In this document: positions 39,871 through 54,317 of the stretch, one piece after another | How the letters are laid out: every line of letters starts with the position of its first letter | How positions within the stretch are numbered: position 1 is the stretch's first letter | Source: Octopus vulgaris | Taxonomy: Eukaryota | DNA: 64,000 bases | Assembly (NCBI GenBank): GCA_951406725.2 | Contig: OX597814.1 | Span: 86,242,001 to 86,306,000, forward strand | Direction: 5' to 3' | Notes under the pieces: model-generated | The model's input: the letters and a program-made list of their open reading frames with translations, nothing else | The model's database searches: none | Told to the model about the DNA's origin: nothing | Program-made: the position numbers and the translations under genes

Positions 39871-40619
39871 CACACAAATATATGTGTGTGTGTAAACACA
39901 TATCTTCCTGATTAATGCTTGTATGAATGATATATAAATGAAAGTGCGTATGTATATGCATATATATGTATGCATGTATACATGCATGTATGTGTGTGTG
40001 TGTATGTATGTATGATATGTATGTATATATATGTGAGTGTATAAAGAGGGAGATATATATATATATTGTTTTTTTAAAAGGAACCAAACGTACAAATTAC
40101 GAAGACTATTGATAAAAGAGAAAGCAAAATGAAACAAATATGTTAGGTGGGCTCATAAACGTTGCCATAAAGGCGCGAATTCGAGTTACCCTCATTTTTA
40201 TTAATATCTACTATAATAATGCTCTTGCTTTTCTCCGTCACAAGGTATGAATGAGAAAAGAAGGGGTGATAGATGAATAAGGAAAGAAGGGTGATGGCAA
40301 ACTTGGTAGTGGGATTATGGAAATTCTACGGTAGAAAAAAAAATCAAAATGGCGCTTCAACTCTGAGTATATGTGTATGTGTGTGTGAACATTCAACATT
40401 CAACGCTGAAAAGAAAAATCAAACAGCGTTTCAACTCTGTATAAGTATATGTGTGTATGTGTGTGCATGTACAAGGGAAGTATGTAAACGTTTACATGTG
40501 TGAACCAGGGTTCTTTCAGTAACAAATGATGATCGGATGTCACATCTCAAAATGCAACCTCTAGATAACATTGAGTGTATTAATTTGAACTACCACCCAT
40601 ATTCTATCTTTTGTCCTTA

Positions 40620-40675
40620 TCTATATATAAAATGCTATAATTAGCCGTCATTTTTGACGGCACGGGGCCAGCTAG
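40620..40675 (+). mobile_element. 56-bp minimal Helitron
   Basis: a|TCTATATATAAAA..gccgtca-tttt-tgacggc..CTAG|t. Confidence 0.7.
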
Positions 40676-41164
40676 TTATTAATTTTATTTCGCGATATTT
40701 TAGTATTACTGCATTTGCAAGCGAAAGACGTTGATTTGGAACTCATAAGTTATGTTTGAAACTTGTTGTTTTGAACAAAGTAAGTTTGGTTTAGTTGTAC
40801 AATTTTGCTATAAAGCGAACTAGCATCTCCTGAGACTAATTGGTCTTTTGAAATTTCGTCCCTTCGGACAAATTTCGAAGGTTTAAAAAGTGAATGCAGG
40901 GATGATCTGCTTTCTTTATAGACGCATGCGTGACTGTTTGGTAAAAAGTGTGCTTGCAACTACGTGATTCTGGGTTCAGTCCAACTGCGTGTTACCATGG
41001 GCAAGTGTCTTCGACTATTGCCTTGGGCCGACCAAAGCCTTGAGTGGATTTGGTACACGAAAACTGAAAGTAGCCCATCGTGTGTGTGTGTGTGTGTGTG
41101 TTTGCCCCTCACCATTGCTTGAAAGGTGAATGGACCTTCTCACTTTCCTCCCTCTTAACAAACA

Positions 41165-41880
41165 TGGACGTATTCAGAATAAGTGGTGAGAATGCACATG
41201 GCCTTGGATCACCATAGAAGCAGAGCACCTGCTCAACTATCTCACGTCATTGGATATAGATTCAGTAGCCATCAGCAAGACCAGAATTTCCGATCCACAA
41301 CCCTTCATGCTCATTTTCAGTGGATACGTAATTTACGTATCTCTAAATCGACCAGAATTGGGAGGCAGAGCGCCTGTGTTGTTTCGGAAAGGCTTGGTGT
41401 TAGGAGATAAATAGGAGTCCAGATGAGAACAGCAGCGAAGCGGATACCTTCAAATGAGTATCTATTAATGCTCCGACAGGGACAGGACAGCCAGATTTCT
41501 TGGGGTAACTTGGGGTTTTCCTCGGAATGTCCCACTCATTGGTACGAGTAAATACAAGAACTCCATCTAGGATGCACGTTTGGATTGCGTGGCGTTAGCT
41601 GATAAGAGGTGCAAAAGCCTCGCAAACCTGTTCAGTCATCTCCAACTAGCTGACAGATATCGACTAGATTTCTAGAATGTACCAAAGTGGATATGGACAA
41701 TTCGCATCAGGTCATCCACAGCGCATCTCAATAAAGTATTCTGAAGGCCAGTAATTAAGGATAGCATAAATTGTTCATATTTTAATAACGTCGGTCACAC
41801 AAAGCACAAATTTGCGATCTGTATGGTCGAACTAGTTTTGTTTTGTAGGCAGGAACCGGTTTCTGGAAACTGTACGGTTG
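41165..41880 (+). pseudogene. Degraded APE endonuclease domain of an L1/Tx1-type ORF2
   Basis: MDVFRISGENAHGLGS (NxRGL-like), AISKTR (QET-like), LADRYRLD, KWIWT, GTGFWKL in broken frames. Confidence 0.65.
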
Positions 41881-42200
41881 GCTCCCGGCGCGCCAAGCTT
41901 ACATGAAGCGGATAACCGGATTAGTTAAGCTGGTATTGACAGAGGTAATCGTCAACTCCAAATGGTAGGTCCTTGAACTTTTAAATTAAGAATTTTTTTT
42001 TTTATTTTGTTTACAATAGTTTTCCATGATCCGCGTTTAATACATACCTGTGGAATATATCGTCAGACACCTATTTTAACGTTGTATCGGAATTTGGATA
42101 GAATTTGGATAGAATTTGAACTAAGGCATTAAGAGACGTAACTTTAAGTTTCTTTATTACACGATATTTATTTCGACACTACGGATTCCGCTATTCGTAG

Positions 42201-42309
<109 letters not shown>

Positions 42310-42598
42310 TGTGTGTGTGTATGTGTCTGTGTGTATGTGTCTGTGTATCTGTGTCTGCGCGCACGAGTGCGCACCTAGTTATGAAAGTATGTATGCATGA
42401 AAATACAATGAAGAGTAGATAAAAGGCCAATATATTTTTTTCTTTATCTTTATTTGGTAATGGTATACATATTTTTTACTTTAATTTATATCGTTGCACT
42501 TACTCTCTCCTCCATTTCTCCACTTGCTTCTTTTCTTGTTCTCCTCTTCTCTCCTCCCTCTCTCTCTCTTTGTAGTCCTATGTGTATGCTCATATAGG

Positions 42599-42646
<48 letters not shown>

Positions 42647-43624
42647 CATTTATATATATATATATACATATATTATATAAATATATATATATATATATAC
42701 ACGTGTTATTTTTGCACACACACACGCACACATATGCTATACATGGTAATAATAGCCATGATGGTACCGTTGACGTTAGCGGCGGTGACAATGGTGGCAA
42801 TGGTTCTGAAGTTATGGATGTTCGCTTATTCCGTGTCAAAATTCTATTTCCATAGTGTTGTCTCTCCAAGCTGCCATTATTTCAACCATCGCTTGACAGA
42901 TGACGTCTGGTCGCTGACGAACAAATGCCACCGACTCACTCTTCCCCATTGACAAGGGAGATAATACATATACACAAACAAAAGACTGACAATCACAAAA
43001 GAGTTCTAATCGCTGTCCAAGCTGAATGAGAATTACCTCTGTACGTCCATATTTCAACTGCCAATTTTTCTTTTCTTTTTCATTTTTTCTTTCTTCTTTA
43101 CTCTTACGTTTTCTTTTTCTTACATAATTTATCTTCTATTATTTTTGTTTACTAATGTCTTTTTTAACTCTTCGACAGCTAAGGACGAGAAATATCGTCT
43201 TTAAAATAGAAACTCAGTTGGCTGCATAGAGAGATAAATGAGTGGTCTTTCTTTCTACATGAACGTAATATTATAAATTTGGCAGAAGGCTCCCTTGCGA
43301 TATTTTCCCTCCGTCATATTGATGAGAGTAATAAATATTGATTTGATAATATTTATTTCATCGACTCTGGAGAAATAAAAGACCAAATCGATCGCAGAGT
43401 GTCTTCAACTAAAGAACATAAGCGTTAAAACAAATGAAAGAAACTGATTACGAACAGGAATCGAACTTGCATCGTTGGATCCAAGTTATTGAAAGCATAA
43501 TGATCTCTCGCAGAAACAGATATATGAAAGTTGCTTACAGGCTTGAGCGTGCGTGCGTCTCGGATATCCTGATCTGGATAATGAGTTCTTCATCTAAGTA
43601 CAAGATCGAATGAGTACCACAATA

Positions 43625-44766
43625 ACTTCTGTGTAAATAGGAAGAGCCAAAGGGTAGATTTCTCTCCAATTTAGGAGAAGAAGGTTTGAATAGAAGGGTG
43701 GGGTTGAAATAGTGTCCTTTATACTATGTAGATTCACTGGTTGAAGGTAGCACCTTTCAGAGTGAAGAAAAAGCACGAAACTACTGCAACAACAATAACA
43801 GGGAGTACAACAGCAATATCGGCACACGTAGCTGACACACATTCACATAAATAAACGTACATCTTCCTTCTTTTTCATCAGGCAACGAGGAAGAGACTGA
43901 AAGGTGGCAGTCAACGCGAAAGAAAAATGCAAGTCGACCCCAGTCACGTAAATTTACTACTAGTATGAACATGTTAGAGAGCAAAAAGGTTGGGAGTAGT
44001 CTCTTATCTTGATCGAGAAGAATGAGTAATTCGGAATTTTTGGCTCCTTAAAAAACCTTCCAACAGTTTTTTTTTGGGGGGGTGGGGATCCTTTTGCAGA
44101 AAATTTTCCAACATGTGTGAAGTTCCTTTTCATTATCCTATAAGCCTCTGACGTGCTTTTCAATATATATCTGTTGTTGTTCATATTTTAAAAGTTCTTC
44201 CATACCCTTGCACTCCATCTATATGTGGTGCTTTGTAAATTCTACCAACTCCTTGTTATCCTTATGAACGTTTGTAGAATTGAGAAATGTTTGTTGGTTT
44301 AGTAACTGCTGGTATTGTTGCTCCTCTTGCTATGTCTGATGATTATTTTATTATGTGCTGTTGTTGCTGTTCTTGTTTTTGCACAAGATGACGGAGGCGT
44401 AGATGTTTGAGTTTCTCACCTTCCCTTTCCTTGACATTCGGCACGTCGATCTTCCATATTTGAGCATCCTTTCCTTCTTGATTTCCACCTTTCGGACTCA
44501 TCTTCATCGCCTGATGAGAAAGGACAAAGAAGTACGTTTATTTATGTGAATGTTTATCAGCAACGATTGCCGGTATTGCTGCTATATTCTTTGTTGTTGC
44601 TGTAGTTTTGAGCTTTCTTTTTTTTCACTCTGAAAAGCACGACCGTCGACATGTCAATTAACATCGTATAAAAGACACTATTCTACCCCCACCCTTCCAT
44701 TCAAGCACTTATCTTCCTAAGCCGGAGAAAAATCCACCCGTTGATTCTTCCTGTTTACACAGAAGT
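43625..44766. repeat. Diverged ~290-bp inverted repeat, possibly an old Penelope-like element
   Basis: 43625-43915 is the reverse complement of 44478-44766 (e.g. cattcacataaataaacgtac / gtacgtttatttatgtgaatg); CTGATGA in both arms. Confidence 0.65.
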
Positions 44767-45008
44767 AAATTGTTGTCCACTTGAGGATTTGCATAATTTT
44801 GTGCTGTAAGAGAATATGAATACGATTATTTGAAGATCGAGGGATCTTACTCGTTCTTAATGTTCTCTCACTTCTTGCAAAATCTCTGTTTAAATCAGCG
44901 ATTCCTTTATGAGTTTCCAAAGCAATATAGAGCCCATTCCTCTTCCAGCAATGTTACTTATTTTTAATGATGTTGCTATGATGATGATGCTATTGTTGTT
45001 ATTGTTGT

Positions 45009-45043
<35 letters not shown>

Positions 45044-45997
45044 CTGCTGCTGATGCTGATGATGATGATGATGATAAGGATGATGACTATTATGTTCTTG
45101 TGCTACTTCTGATTTCCTTTCTCCGTTTCTCAATACACACACCACACACATATTTGATGAGGATTACGATAAGGAGGAGCAGGAGGAACAGGAGGAACAG
45201 GAGGAGCAGGAGGAACAGGAGGAGCAGGAACAGGAGGAGGAGCAGGAGGAGGAGCAGGAAGAGGAGCAGGAGGAGGAGCAGGCGAAGATTGGTGGAGTTG
45301 GTGAAAACAGGAACTATTTTGTGGAATAGTGGTGGACGATAATTCTTTACAAATTCTTGATGTTTTAATTTTATGAGCAATACTGATCATAGCCTTCACA
45401 TCCCCATCTCTTTCTCTCTTCAGAAGTAGCTGGCTTGATCAATAGACAGACAGAAAGGTACCTTACAGTCAAGTAGTTCTTAGGTACTTTAAATATATTT
45501 AAGAAGCTCGATTTGCAATCGCGTAACTTCGGATTCGGTTCCACTGTACGATACCTTGGGCAAGTGTCTTCTACTATAATCCCTCGCGATCAATGCCTTG
45601 TGAGTTAATTTGGTTGGCAGAAACTGTGTGGAAGTCCGTCATATATCCGCGCGCGTGTGTGTATTTTTGTATTTGTCTCATCCACCGCTTGACATAAGGT
45701 GTTAGTTTGTTTACGTCCCCATAACTTAGTGATTCACCAAAAGGTGGCCGATAGAATAAGCACCCGACTTGAAAAAAATACTGGAGCCAATTTGCTTAAC
45801 CGCAGTCCAGTGACTGAATCAAGTAAAAGATGAGGGATAAAAGATATCGTGCAAATCGCTACAGTTGTCCTACAAATGACTTATAATTAGATTAGGAACC
45901 AAAGAGAAACCTCTAGATGGACATATGACCCACTAGAAACAGCAGTTACATCTCCATAAATTAATTCCCTACCACCTTTAGGATCTAACTGTAACTG

Positions 45998-46303
45998 CAC
46001 TCCGATGTTTACGACGACGAGTATTCCAGTTGATTCCATCAACGGGACAGCCAGCTAGTGAAATTAACGTGCAAGTGGCTGAGCCCTCCACAGACACGCG
46101 TAATTCTCAAGGAGATTCAGCGTAATATTGAACGGGACAAATCCAGCCCTTTGAAATACAAGTACTACTCATTTATGTCAGCTGAACGAACTGGAGCAAC
46201 GTGAAAGTGCCTTGCTCAAGGACACAATGCACCGCCAGGTATCGAACTCACAATCTTACGATCGTGAGCCGAATACTCTAACCACTAAGCCATGCGTCTT
46301 CAC
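45998..46303 (-). mobile_element. SINE family 3 copy
   Basis: Colinear with 14766-15078. Confidence 0.8.
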
Positions 46304-46396
46304 AACGCACTTTTAGGACCTATACTCTAGATAACGCATTCCTCTGTGCCTCTGAAACGACAGGATGGGCATGGGCTGGAATGCTTTTCATCATAG

Positions 46397-46536
46397 GTCG
46401 ACTTTGCCTTTCATCCTTTCGGGGTCGATGAATTAAGTACCAGTAACGCACTGGGGTCGATGTAATCGACTTAATCCGTTTGTCTGTCCTTGTTTATCCT
46501 CTCTGTGTTTAGCCCCTTGTGGGTAGTAAAGAAATA
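46397..46536 (+). mobile_element. 5'-truncated Nin-core SINE with Tx1-like tail
   Basis: 19-bp TSD ggaatgcttttcatcatag (46378-46396, 46537-46555). Confidence 0.9.
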
Positions 46537-47471
46537 GGAATGCTTTTCATCATAGATTTGTCCAATCAGGTTTGACTTGAAGTTAAGCAATACCACTTTA
46601 TTTGTAACACATGTGTCTTTAGTTTTTTGATGGCCTACACCAGATCTTGAGCCAAAATGGTCAGTATTTATACGGAAACTTGTAAGAATATTTAATGTTA
46701 CAGTTTTGTTAAGGTTAGCTTCGTTTTTAACTTTTTGTAAGACAGTTTACCAAATCTGAATAAAGAATCCCAGAGTGTTCTGTTTGTTTGCTTGTTTGTT
46801 TGTTTGTTTGTTTGTTTGTGGTTTTGTTTTTAAGAAGTTAACATGATTGAATTACATACAGCAAAGAAGACACGTGGCGATATGGAATCTGAAGCATAAA
46901 AAAAAAATAAGAGACAGAAGGGTAGTGGCGAGGTGGAGGGGTGGTACGGTGGAGGGGGTGCGGAGGTGGAGGTGGCGAAAGTACTAGTTATTCGTGATAA
47001 CGGTGGTGGTAGTGGTTTTGATGGTGATGATGATGATGATGATGATGGCGAAGACAACGACGACGATGGGGTCGGTAGCGGTGGCGGCGGCGACGGCGGC
47101 GGTGGTGGTGGTGGTAGTGGTGGGGGTGATGGTGGTGGTGGTGTTGGGTGGAGCTGAACAGGGAATATATATATCGACGACGTTAGGCAAAAGAAATTGG
47201 AAAAGATAAATGGATAAAGCTAACTTTTGAAAAAGTAAACCGAGCAAGAGATAAGAGCGTTTCACGCCACCTGTGCAAGAAAATACAGCTGAGAATATCA
47301 CCGTTGTGATATCCAGTCAGAATTGTGGCGAGAGTCGTAGATAAAGCTTTCATTGTAACAGGTGCTTGACTAGAGGAGTAGGATAACGTCCTGTGTATAG
47401 AGCTAGACATTTGCAAAGAATTTGTGTGGTGTGGTTAATTTTTTCTATGTATATATATATATATATATCAG

Positions 47472-47559
<88 letters not shown>

Positions 47560-47842
47560 AAAGAATGTGTGTGAACGTCTCTAGCTAATCTATCTGTAAG
47601 GATGTATTTCTTTGACGTATTCATGTTAACGTTAAGCCTGATTGAATGTAATGTATGTGCATGCGTTTTCGGTGTTTGCATGTAAGATCGTTATATGGTT
47701 ATACAAATGTATGCGCGCGTGTGTGTGTGTGTGTGCATCGGTTTGTATATGTGAGCATGTGTGTTTGGTTTTAAACGTTTGACTGTAACCTTGTGTATAT
47801 ATTTATATACATACACACATACACATACACATCTGTACACAT

Positions 47843-47875
<33 letters not shown>

Positions 47876-48069
47876 TACATATATGCGTGTGTGTGGTTTG
47901 TGCCTATGTGTGTGTGTCAGTCTGTATCTATTGGATCAATACTTGCAAAAGTTTATGTATGTATAAGTCTGTATCTGAATGTATATAACTGTTTCTAGAT
48001 ATGTGTCAGTAAAGTCTGAATGTACTAGATCTAAAGTAATCGTATAGAAATTCTTCATATATACATACA

Positions 48070-48126
<57 letters not shown>

Positions 48127-48667
48127 ATGTATTATTCATGTATGTATGTGTGTATTCATAATCTACTATGGATGAGAAGGTAAATAAATGTAAAATAACT
48201 TGGAAAATGTTGAACCAAAAAGGATAAAATAGACAAGAAAGCCGCTCGTCAGCTTCAGTATCTTAAATCTTGATAGTTTCGGCGCATTTACCTCACTGGA
48301 GAGCACCAATGATTGTAAAAATCATTGAAGGGGTGAACATTACAATAAGACGTCTAATGGCTTAAAAAGCGGAGGACAGCAACACACGTGAGACGAAAAT
48401 TTACGGACAAGTAGAGAGTAGATCAGTTCTATTTGACATGGAAACAAACAAAAAGTATGCTAGTGCCAGTGGAAGATAATAGGCTACTTCCGTCGGGATA
48501 GAAACTGAGATGCAGAACTTACAAAGCGCAAACAAAACAACGGTTGCGATAAAGAAGAGAGAAGATAAAGGTATAATCAGATGGGAAGCAGAAGCTGCAG
48601 GATATAAGAATAGAAGTGGAAAGAAGAGGAAACTGGAGAGATAGATAGAGTGATAGGTCGATCGATC

Positions 48668-48702
<35 letters not shown>

Positions 48703-48714
48703 TGACAGATAGAC

Positions 48715-48788
<74 letters not shown>

Positions 48789-50099
48789 CGAGAGAGAGAA
48801 CGAGAGGGGGCGAGGCGGAGAGGGAGAGAGGCGAGGAAGAAAGAAAGAAACAAACAGAAGAGGATAAAGAAAGTTAGCCAAAATTAATTCGATCCCAGAT
48901 CCTACATTTGACTTTTGTCACTTAACTTTTCAGTTTCCATGCCATCTCACATTTGTAGCGCATGCCGTATCCTTTGTGATTCTACCACATCACATGCTTC
49001 TGCAAGCTATACTCCCAGTAGAACAGTGACTTATCACTCAAACAAATGAAATACTCGTCAGTGCCACTACTTCTGGCAGCAGTAAACTTTATTTACTTAA
49101 AACTAGATGAAACGAGCTAACCAATGTTCCGTATATCTGTCATACGCAGTGCAGCACGGTGACAGCTTATTGAGCTCGTTAATTTGTGGTGTTTGAAGAC
49201 TTTTAGAAGAAAACTGTGAAACCTTCCACAACAGATGAAGCTATTGTTCGAGAGTAACGTATTTAACCCTTCGTGGTCCGGCGGGGTTGGAATTATACAA
49301 AAGGCCATTGGGGTCCTCTTTTATGTGTGTGTATGTTTTTTGTGTGCGTGCGTGCGCGTGCGTGTAGCGAACGCACGTGGTTTCGTATTTCAGGTATTCG
49401 GCTTACGATATTTCTTTGAGTATTTGCACAGAATACTGAAGCGTTAAAATCAAGGATGATATCGGTTGGATTACACAAAAGTGTAATTCAATATACCTTT
49501 GTGCACCTATCTGTCGAAAAGAAGCATCATAAGTTCTGGGGAATTTGGTTGTTATACACTAGCGTTCTACTCTGGAGAAGACATTTCTTTCATTCACATC
49601 ATTCTATGGAAACTGCGTTTAAGACTCAATTTATTTGAACCTTTTTTGTCAGAAGAAAAATATAACAGCCTCATCCCGTTGCAATCAAATCCTACTGTCT
49701 TAAAAGGGGTGGGGGCAGAAAAACCTTGAATAACGTGGTCATACATAGAGACCAGCTGATGAAAAAAGAGAGGATAGTTACGGCATAAAAACCTAATAAT
49801 CATGAGTCTACACAATCAGCTCAACTCAAACAACTACACGAACTACATATATTGTCTTTGTTTCCCGGCCAATAGTATCATTGTTATAATTAGGTATCTG
49901 TTTCCATATTAAGTGAGAAACCTACTGCGATATAGTAAGACTGTAAAAGGTGTGTTTTTCCGATGTTTTATCCTGATAAAACGGCGACTTTAAGTTTTTT
50001 AAAAAAGCTCTTTTTCGATAGCAGCCATCTTAATTTTCAAGTTGAGCTTTCGTTTAGTTAGTCTGGAAAATATGCTTTTAGAAACAACTTGTACTGTAT

Positions 50100-50169
<70 letters not shown>

Positions 50170-50359
50170 ACAGATACGTATTTATGTATGCGCATGCGTA
50201 TGTGTGAGACAGAGTGTAACCCTATCAAGTCATCTGTTAATGTGTGTGTGCGCGCGCAGTTATGTATTAGTGTTTATGTATATACGCATGCATGTGTATG
50301 TAGATACATCAGGAGAGAGATAGTGAGTGTGGGAGAGAGAAATGAATAGATAGATAGAC

Positions 50360-50554
<195 letters not shown>

Positions 50555-50625
50555 GCGGAATGTAGAGGCAGTAAATTATGATGTTTCGTACTTTGTCTTT
50601 TGTTGTTTTTTTGTTTATTTATATA

Positions 50626-50661
<36 letters not shown>

Positions 50662-51171
50662 TGTATATAACAGAACAATGTGTTTAATTTTTTGTTTTGT
50701 TTTGTCTTGGTTTTGCTACTTTGGTTGTAAAACGCTTATTGAGTATTTTTATTTTGAATTGTTTGAGTTCACCAAACAATGTATAATAAATTTTTGCATG
50801 TATATCCCAAGGAGTTTGCGGTATGGACGCTATAAATATTCTTTTCTTTTCAACTTTTCTTTTAGGACTCTATAAATAATACCAGCTGGAAAGGCATTAT
50901 TTAAAACACTTCGAGTTTGTATTGTACACATACTTATATACATACACAAATGTGTACGTACATACATATATACATACATACATACATACATACATACATA
51001 CATACATACATACATACATACATACATACATACATACATACATACATACATACACATATACATATTTGTGTGTGTATATATATGAATAATCATACATATA
51101 TACAAACACACATTCACACACATATTTACTTGTTTATGTATATATAAGTATATATATATGTATATATATTC

Positions 51172-51589
51172 TTTTACTCTTTTATTCTTTTACTTGTTTC
51201 GGTCATTTGACTGCAGCCATGCTGGAGCACCGCCTTCAGTCGAGAAAATAGACCCCAAGACTTATTCTTTGTAAGCCTAGTACTTATTCTATCGGTCTCT
51301 TTTGACGAACCGCTAGGTTATGGGGGCGTAAACACACCAGCATCGATTTTCAAGCAATGTTCGGGGGACAAACACAGACACACAAACATATACACTCACA
51401 CATACATATATATATACATATATACGACGGGCTTCTTTCAGTTTCCGTCTACCAAATCCACTCACAAGGATTTGGTCGGCCTGAGGCTATAGTAGAAGAC
51501 ACTTGTCCAAGGTGCCACGCAGTGGGAATGAACCCAGAACCATGTGGTTGGTGAGCCAGCTACTTATCACATAGCCACTCCTACGCCTA
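51172..51589 (-). mobile_element. Full-length CORE-like SINE
   Basis: Reverse complement of 53252-53708. Confidence 0.9.
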
Positions 51590-52414
51590 CGTGTTCATGT
51601 CTATATATTGATATATATAAAGATACATATTTTTAAACCAGTCGAATATTAGCTGAAAGATCACTTAATACATTTAAGCTTTACTAGAAATTTTTACTGG
51701 GAAAATTTTGACAGTAACTTCGAAGTGAATTCAGACTGTAAAATTGTTTGTTTTTGTTTCTTTGAGGGGTGCCCAAAACTTTTATATATTTTTGTTTCGT
51801 GTGGATGGTGTACAGTGGTTGCATTATAAGTGTAGTTTAAACATCTTCATAGATTATTTGAGTGAGTAAAAATAAGGAATTATGGGAAGAAAAAATATAT
51901 AGAATAAGGAGAGAAGACAAAGCAAAGGAGAATAAAGGAGCAGAAGTAGGAGATGTTGAGGGGAGGAGGAAGAAGTGAACATTGATAGGGTGGTGGAGTA
52001 AAGGAAGATGGCAAGGGAATCATTATTCTAGTTGGGTCGATATCATTGACTTTGTTCAAGTTTGTTAGGTAACGGTCGCTTTTAAATTGATTATATTTCG
52101 AGTTAGAAATGAGGGATTGATTTTATATTGTTGTTTGAGATCATCCAAGCATGAACGTAAGGACGAGGTTAAATTTATATATGAGCACAGACTAAGATGA
52201 CAATCTATAATTTGTGTTGATAATTTACGTCAAAGCTTATCTTAAACTGAGCAACAATTTTATTTTTTAAGTGCTGATTATGGCTATTTAAAGAGATATC
52301 AGTATTTGATATTAAGATGTATATCATAGGCCGCGGATGAAATTATGCATTCGTGTGTATAACAGCAAATTTCATTTACATCCTTGCATGCCAATATTCA
52401 TTTACACACACACA

Positions 52415-52453
<39 letters not shown>

Positions 52454-52770
52454 ACATACACACATACACTCACTCACTCACTCACACACATTAACTCATA
52501 TACATACACACTCATACATTTCTGTCCACAACTCTTTATTTTTTTCCACCCAATTAAAGCTGTTCCTTCATTTGTCATAAAATTATATTAAACCACACCG
52601 ACATTGCAACCACTATGCTTCACTCACAAGATGAATCAAACTAATGATAAGGGCTTACACAGTTTGAAGCTACCCTCATGTTTGGCTTCCTATTTGATGG
52701 ATTTGCTTACGATAACATATGTATGATTTTCTATCAGGTATATACATATGTATATATGTATGTATGTATG

Positions 52771-52828
<58 letters not shown>

Positions 52829-53251
52829 CACGAGAAACCCCCCTTCATCAATGGACGATGCTGAGTTGTGAAACATGTAAACCAAATTTTCTCAAAACAA
52901 CTTGTCCGACCTTCCCATAGGCCTACCCTTTGAGAAACACTGATTTAACCTAAATTTGAGACACCAAAAAGGCCGGCTTTTTTGCGCAAACTGCACGTGC
53001 ATTGTTCTTGCGTACACGTAGTATCAATCGCAACAGCTGATGTACTTCCGCGTACAAATGCACGTTCTCACGGCTTTATCAATCGCATTCTCACCTGGAA
53101 TCTATTTTTGTAGTTTTTTCAAGACTTATACACGCCCTGATACTGTCGCTATCTACATATCAAATTTGAGCGCAATCGGATGGAGGATGCCCGAAATCCT
53201 AGAAGACACACACACAGAACGTATTTTATATAATATACATACATACATATA

Positions 53252-53416
53252 GGCGCAGGAGTGGCTGTGTGGTAAGTAGCTTGCTAACCAAACACATGGT
53301 TCCGGGTTCAGTCCCACTGCGTGGCATCTTGGGCAAGTGTCTTCTGCTATAGCCCCGGGCCGACCAATGCCTTGTGAGTGGATTTGGTAGACGGAAACTG
53401 AAAGAAGCCTGTCGTA

Positions 53417-53491
<75 letters not shown>

Positions 53492-53708
53492 TTGTGTGTC
53501 TGTGTTTGTCCCCCTAGCATTGCCTGACAACCGATGCTGGTGTGTTTACGTCCCCGTCACTTAGCGGTTCGGCAAAAGAGACCGATAGAATAAGTACTGG
53601 GCTTACAAAGAATAAGTTCCGGGGTCGATTTGCTCGACTAAAGGCGGTGCTCCAGCATGGCCGCAGTCAAATGACTGAAACAAGTAAAAGAGTAAAGAAT
53701 AAAAGAGT
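53252..53708 (+). mobile_element. Full-length CORE-like SINE
   Basis: Near-identical to 23510-23917 outside the microsatellite. Confidence 0.9.
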
Positions 53709-54261
53709 ATATATATATATATATATATATCACTGGCTCCCATAAGTACCAAAATAAAATTTGGGATTTATGGAGGGTTAAAGTTGGAAACAAAAATAGG
53801 ACAGTGGAGACATACAAGGAAACCGAACGAAAACAAACTTGGAGAGTCGTTAGACCAGAACGAGGGTAAAATAGCGAACGCTGGAGAAATATTTTCTTTG
53901 ACAAGAGAAAAGATAGAAGAGAGAGATAGGATACGTCCAGACTTTAGGACAGTCCTGAAATAAAAGAAAGATGATCACGTGAGGAAAAGAAAGATGGACG
54001 ATGGTCACGTGTGAGCAACGAGAGAGAGAAAGGGAGAAAGAGGTAGAGAGAGATAGAAAACGGTGAATGGGAGCAACTGTCTTCGAAGACTCAAATTGTC
54101 GTTCAATGCTCGAAATGAGGACTAGATAGACAGCCGACAACTGATGAAGGGTTGTTATTTGTGTTACTTGTCCTGTTTTCCATTTGTTTCTCTCGTTGTT
54201 TGCGTATTGAACTCATCTGTTTACGTATTTCCTGTTGTTTACTGTTGGTGGCGTCCTGTAC

Positions 54262-54317
<56 letters not shown>

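Noticed and set aside
45100-45399. Pro/Ala-rich or Arg-rich ORFs
   Set aside because: Derived from an (AGG/AGC/AAC) compound repeat; no splice signals or unique coding flanks.
46830-47160. Gly/Asp-rich ORF
   Set aside because: (GGT)/(GAT) trinucleotide tract.
54141-54260. CTGATGA in a possible Penelope-like fragment
   Set aside because: No downstream GAAA or stems found.
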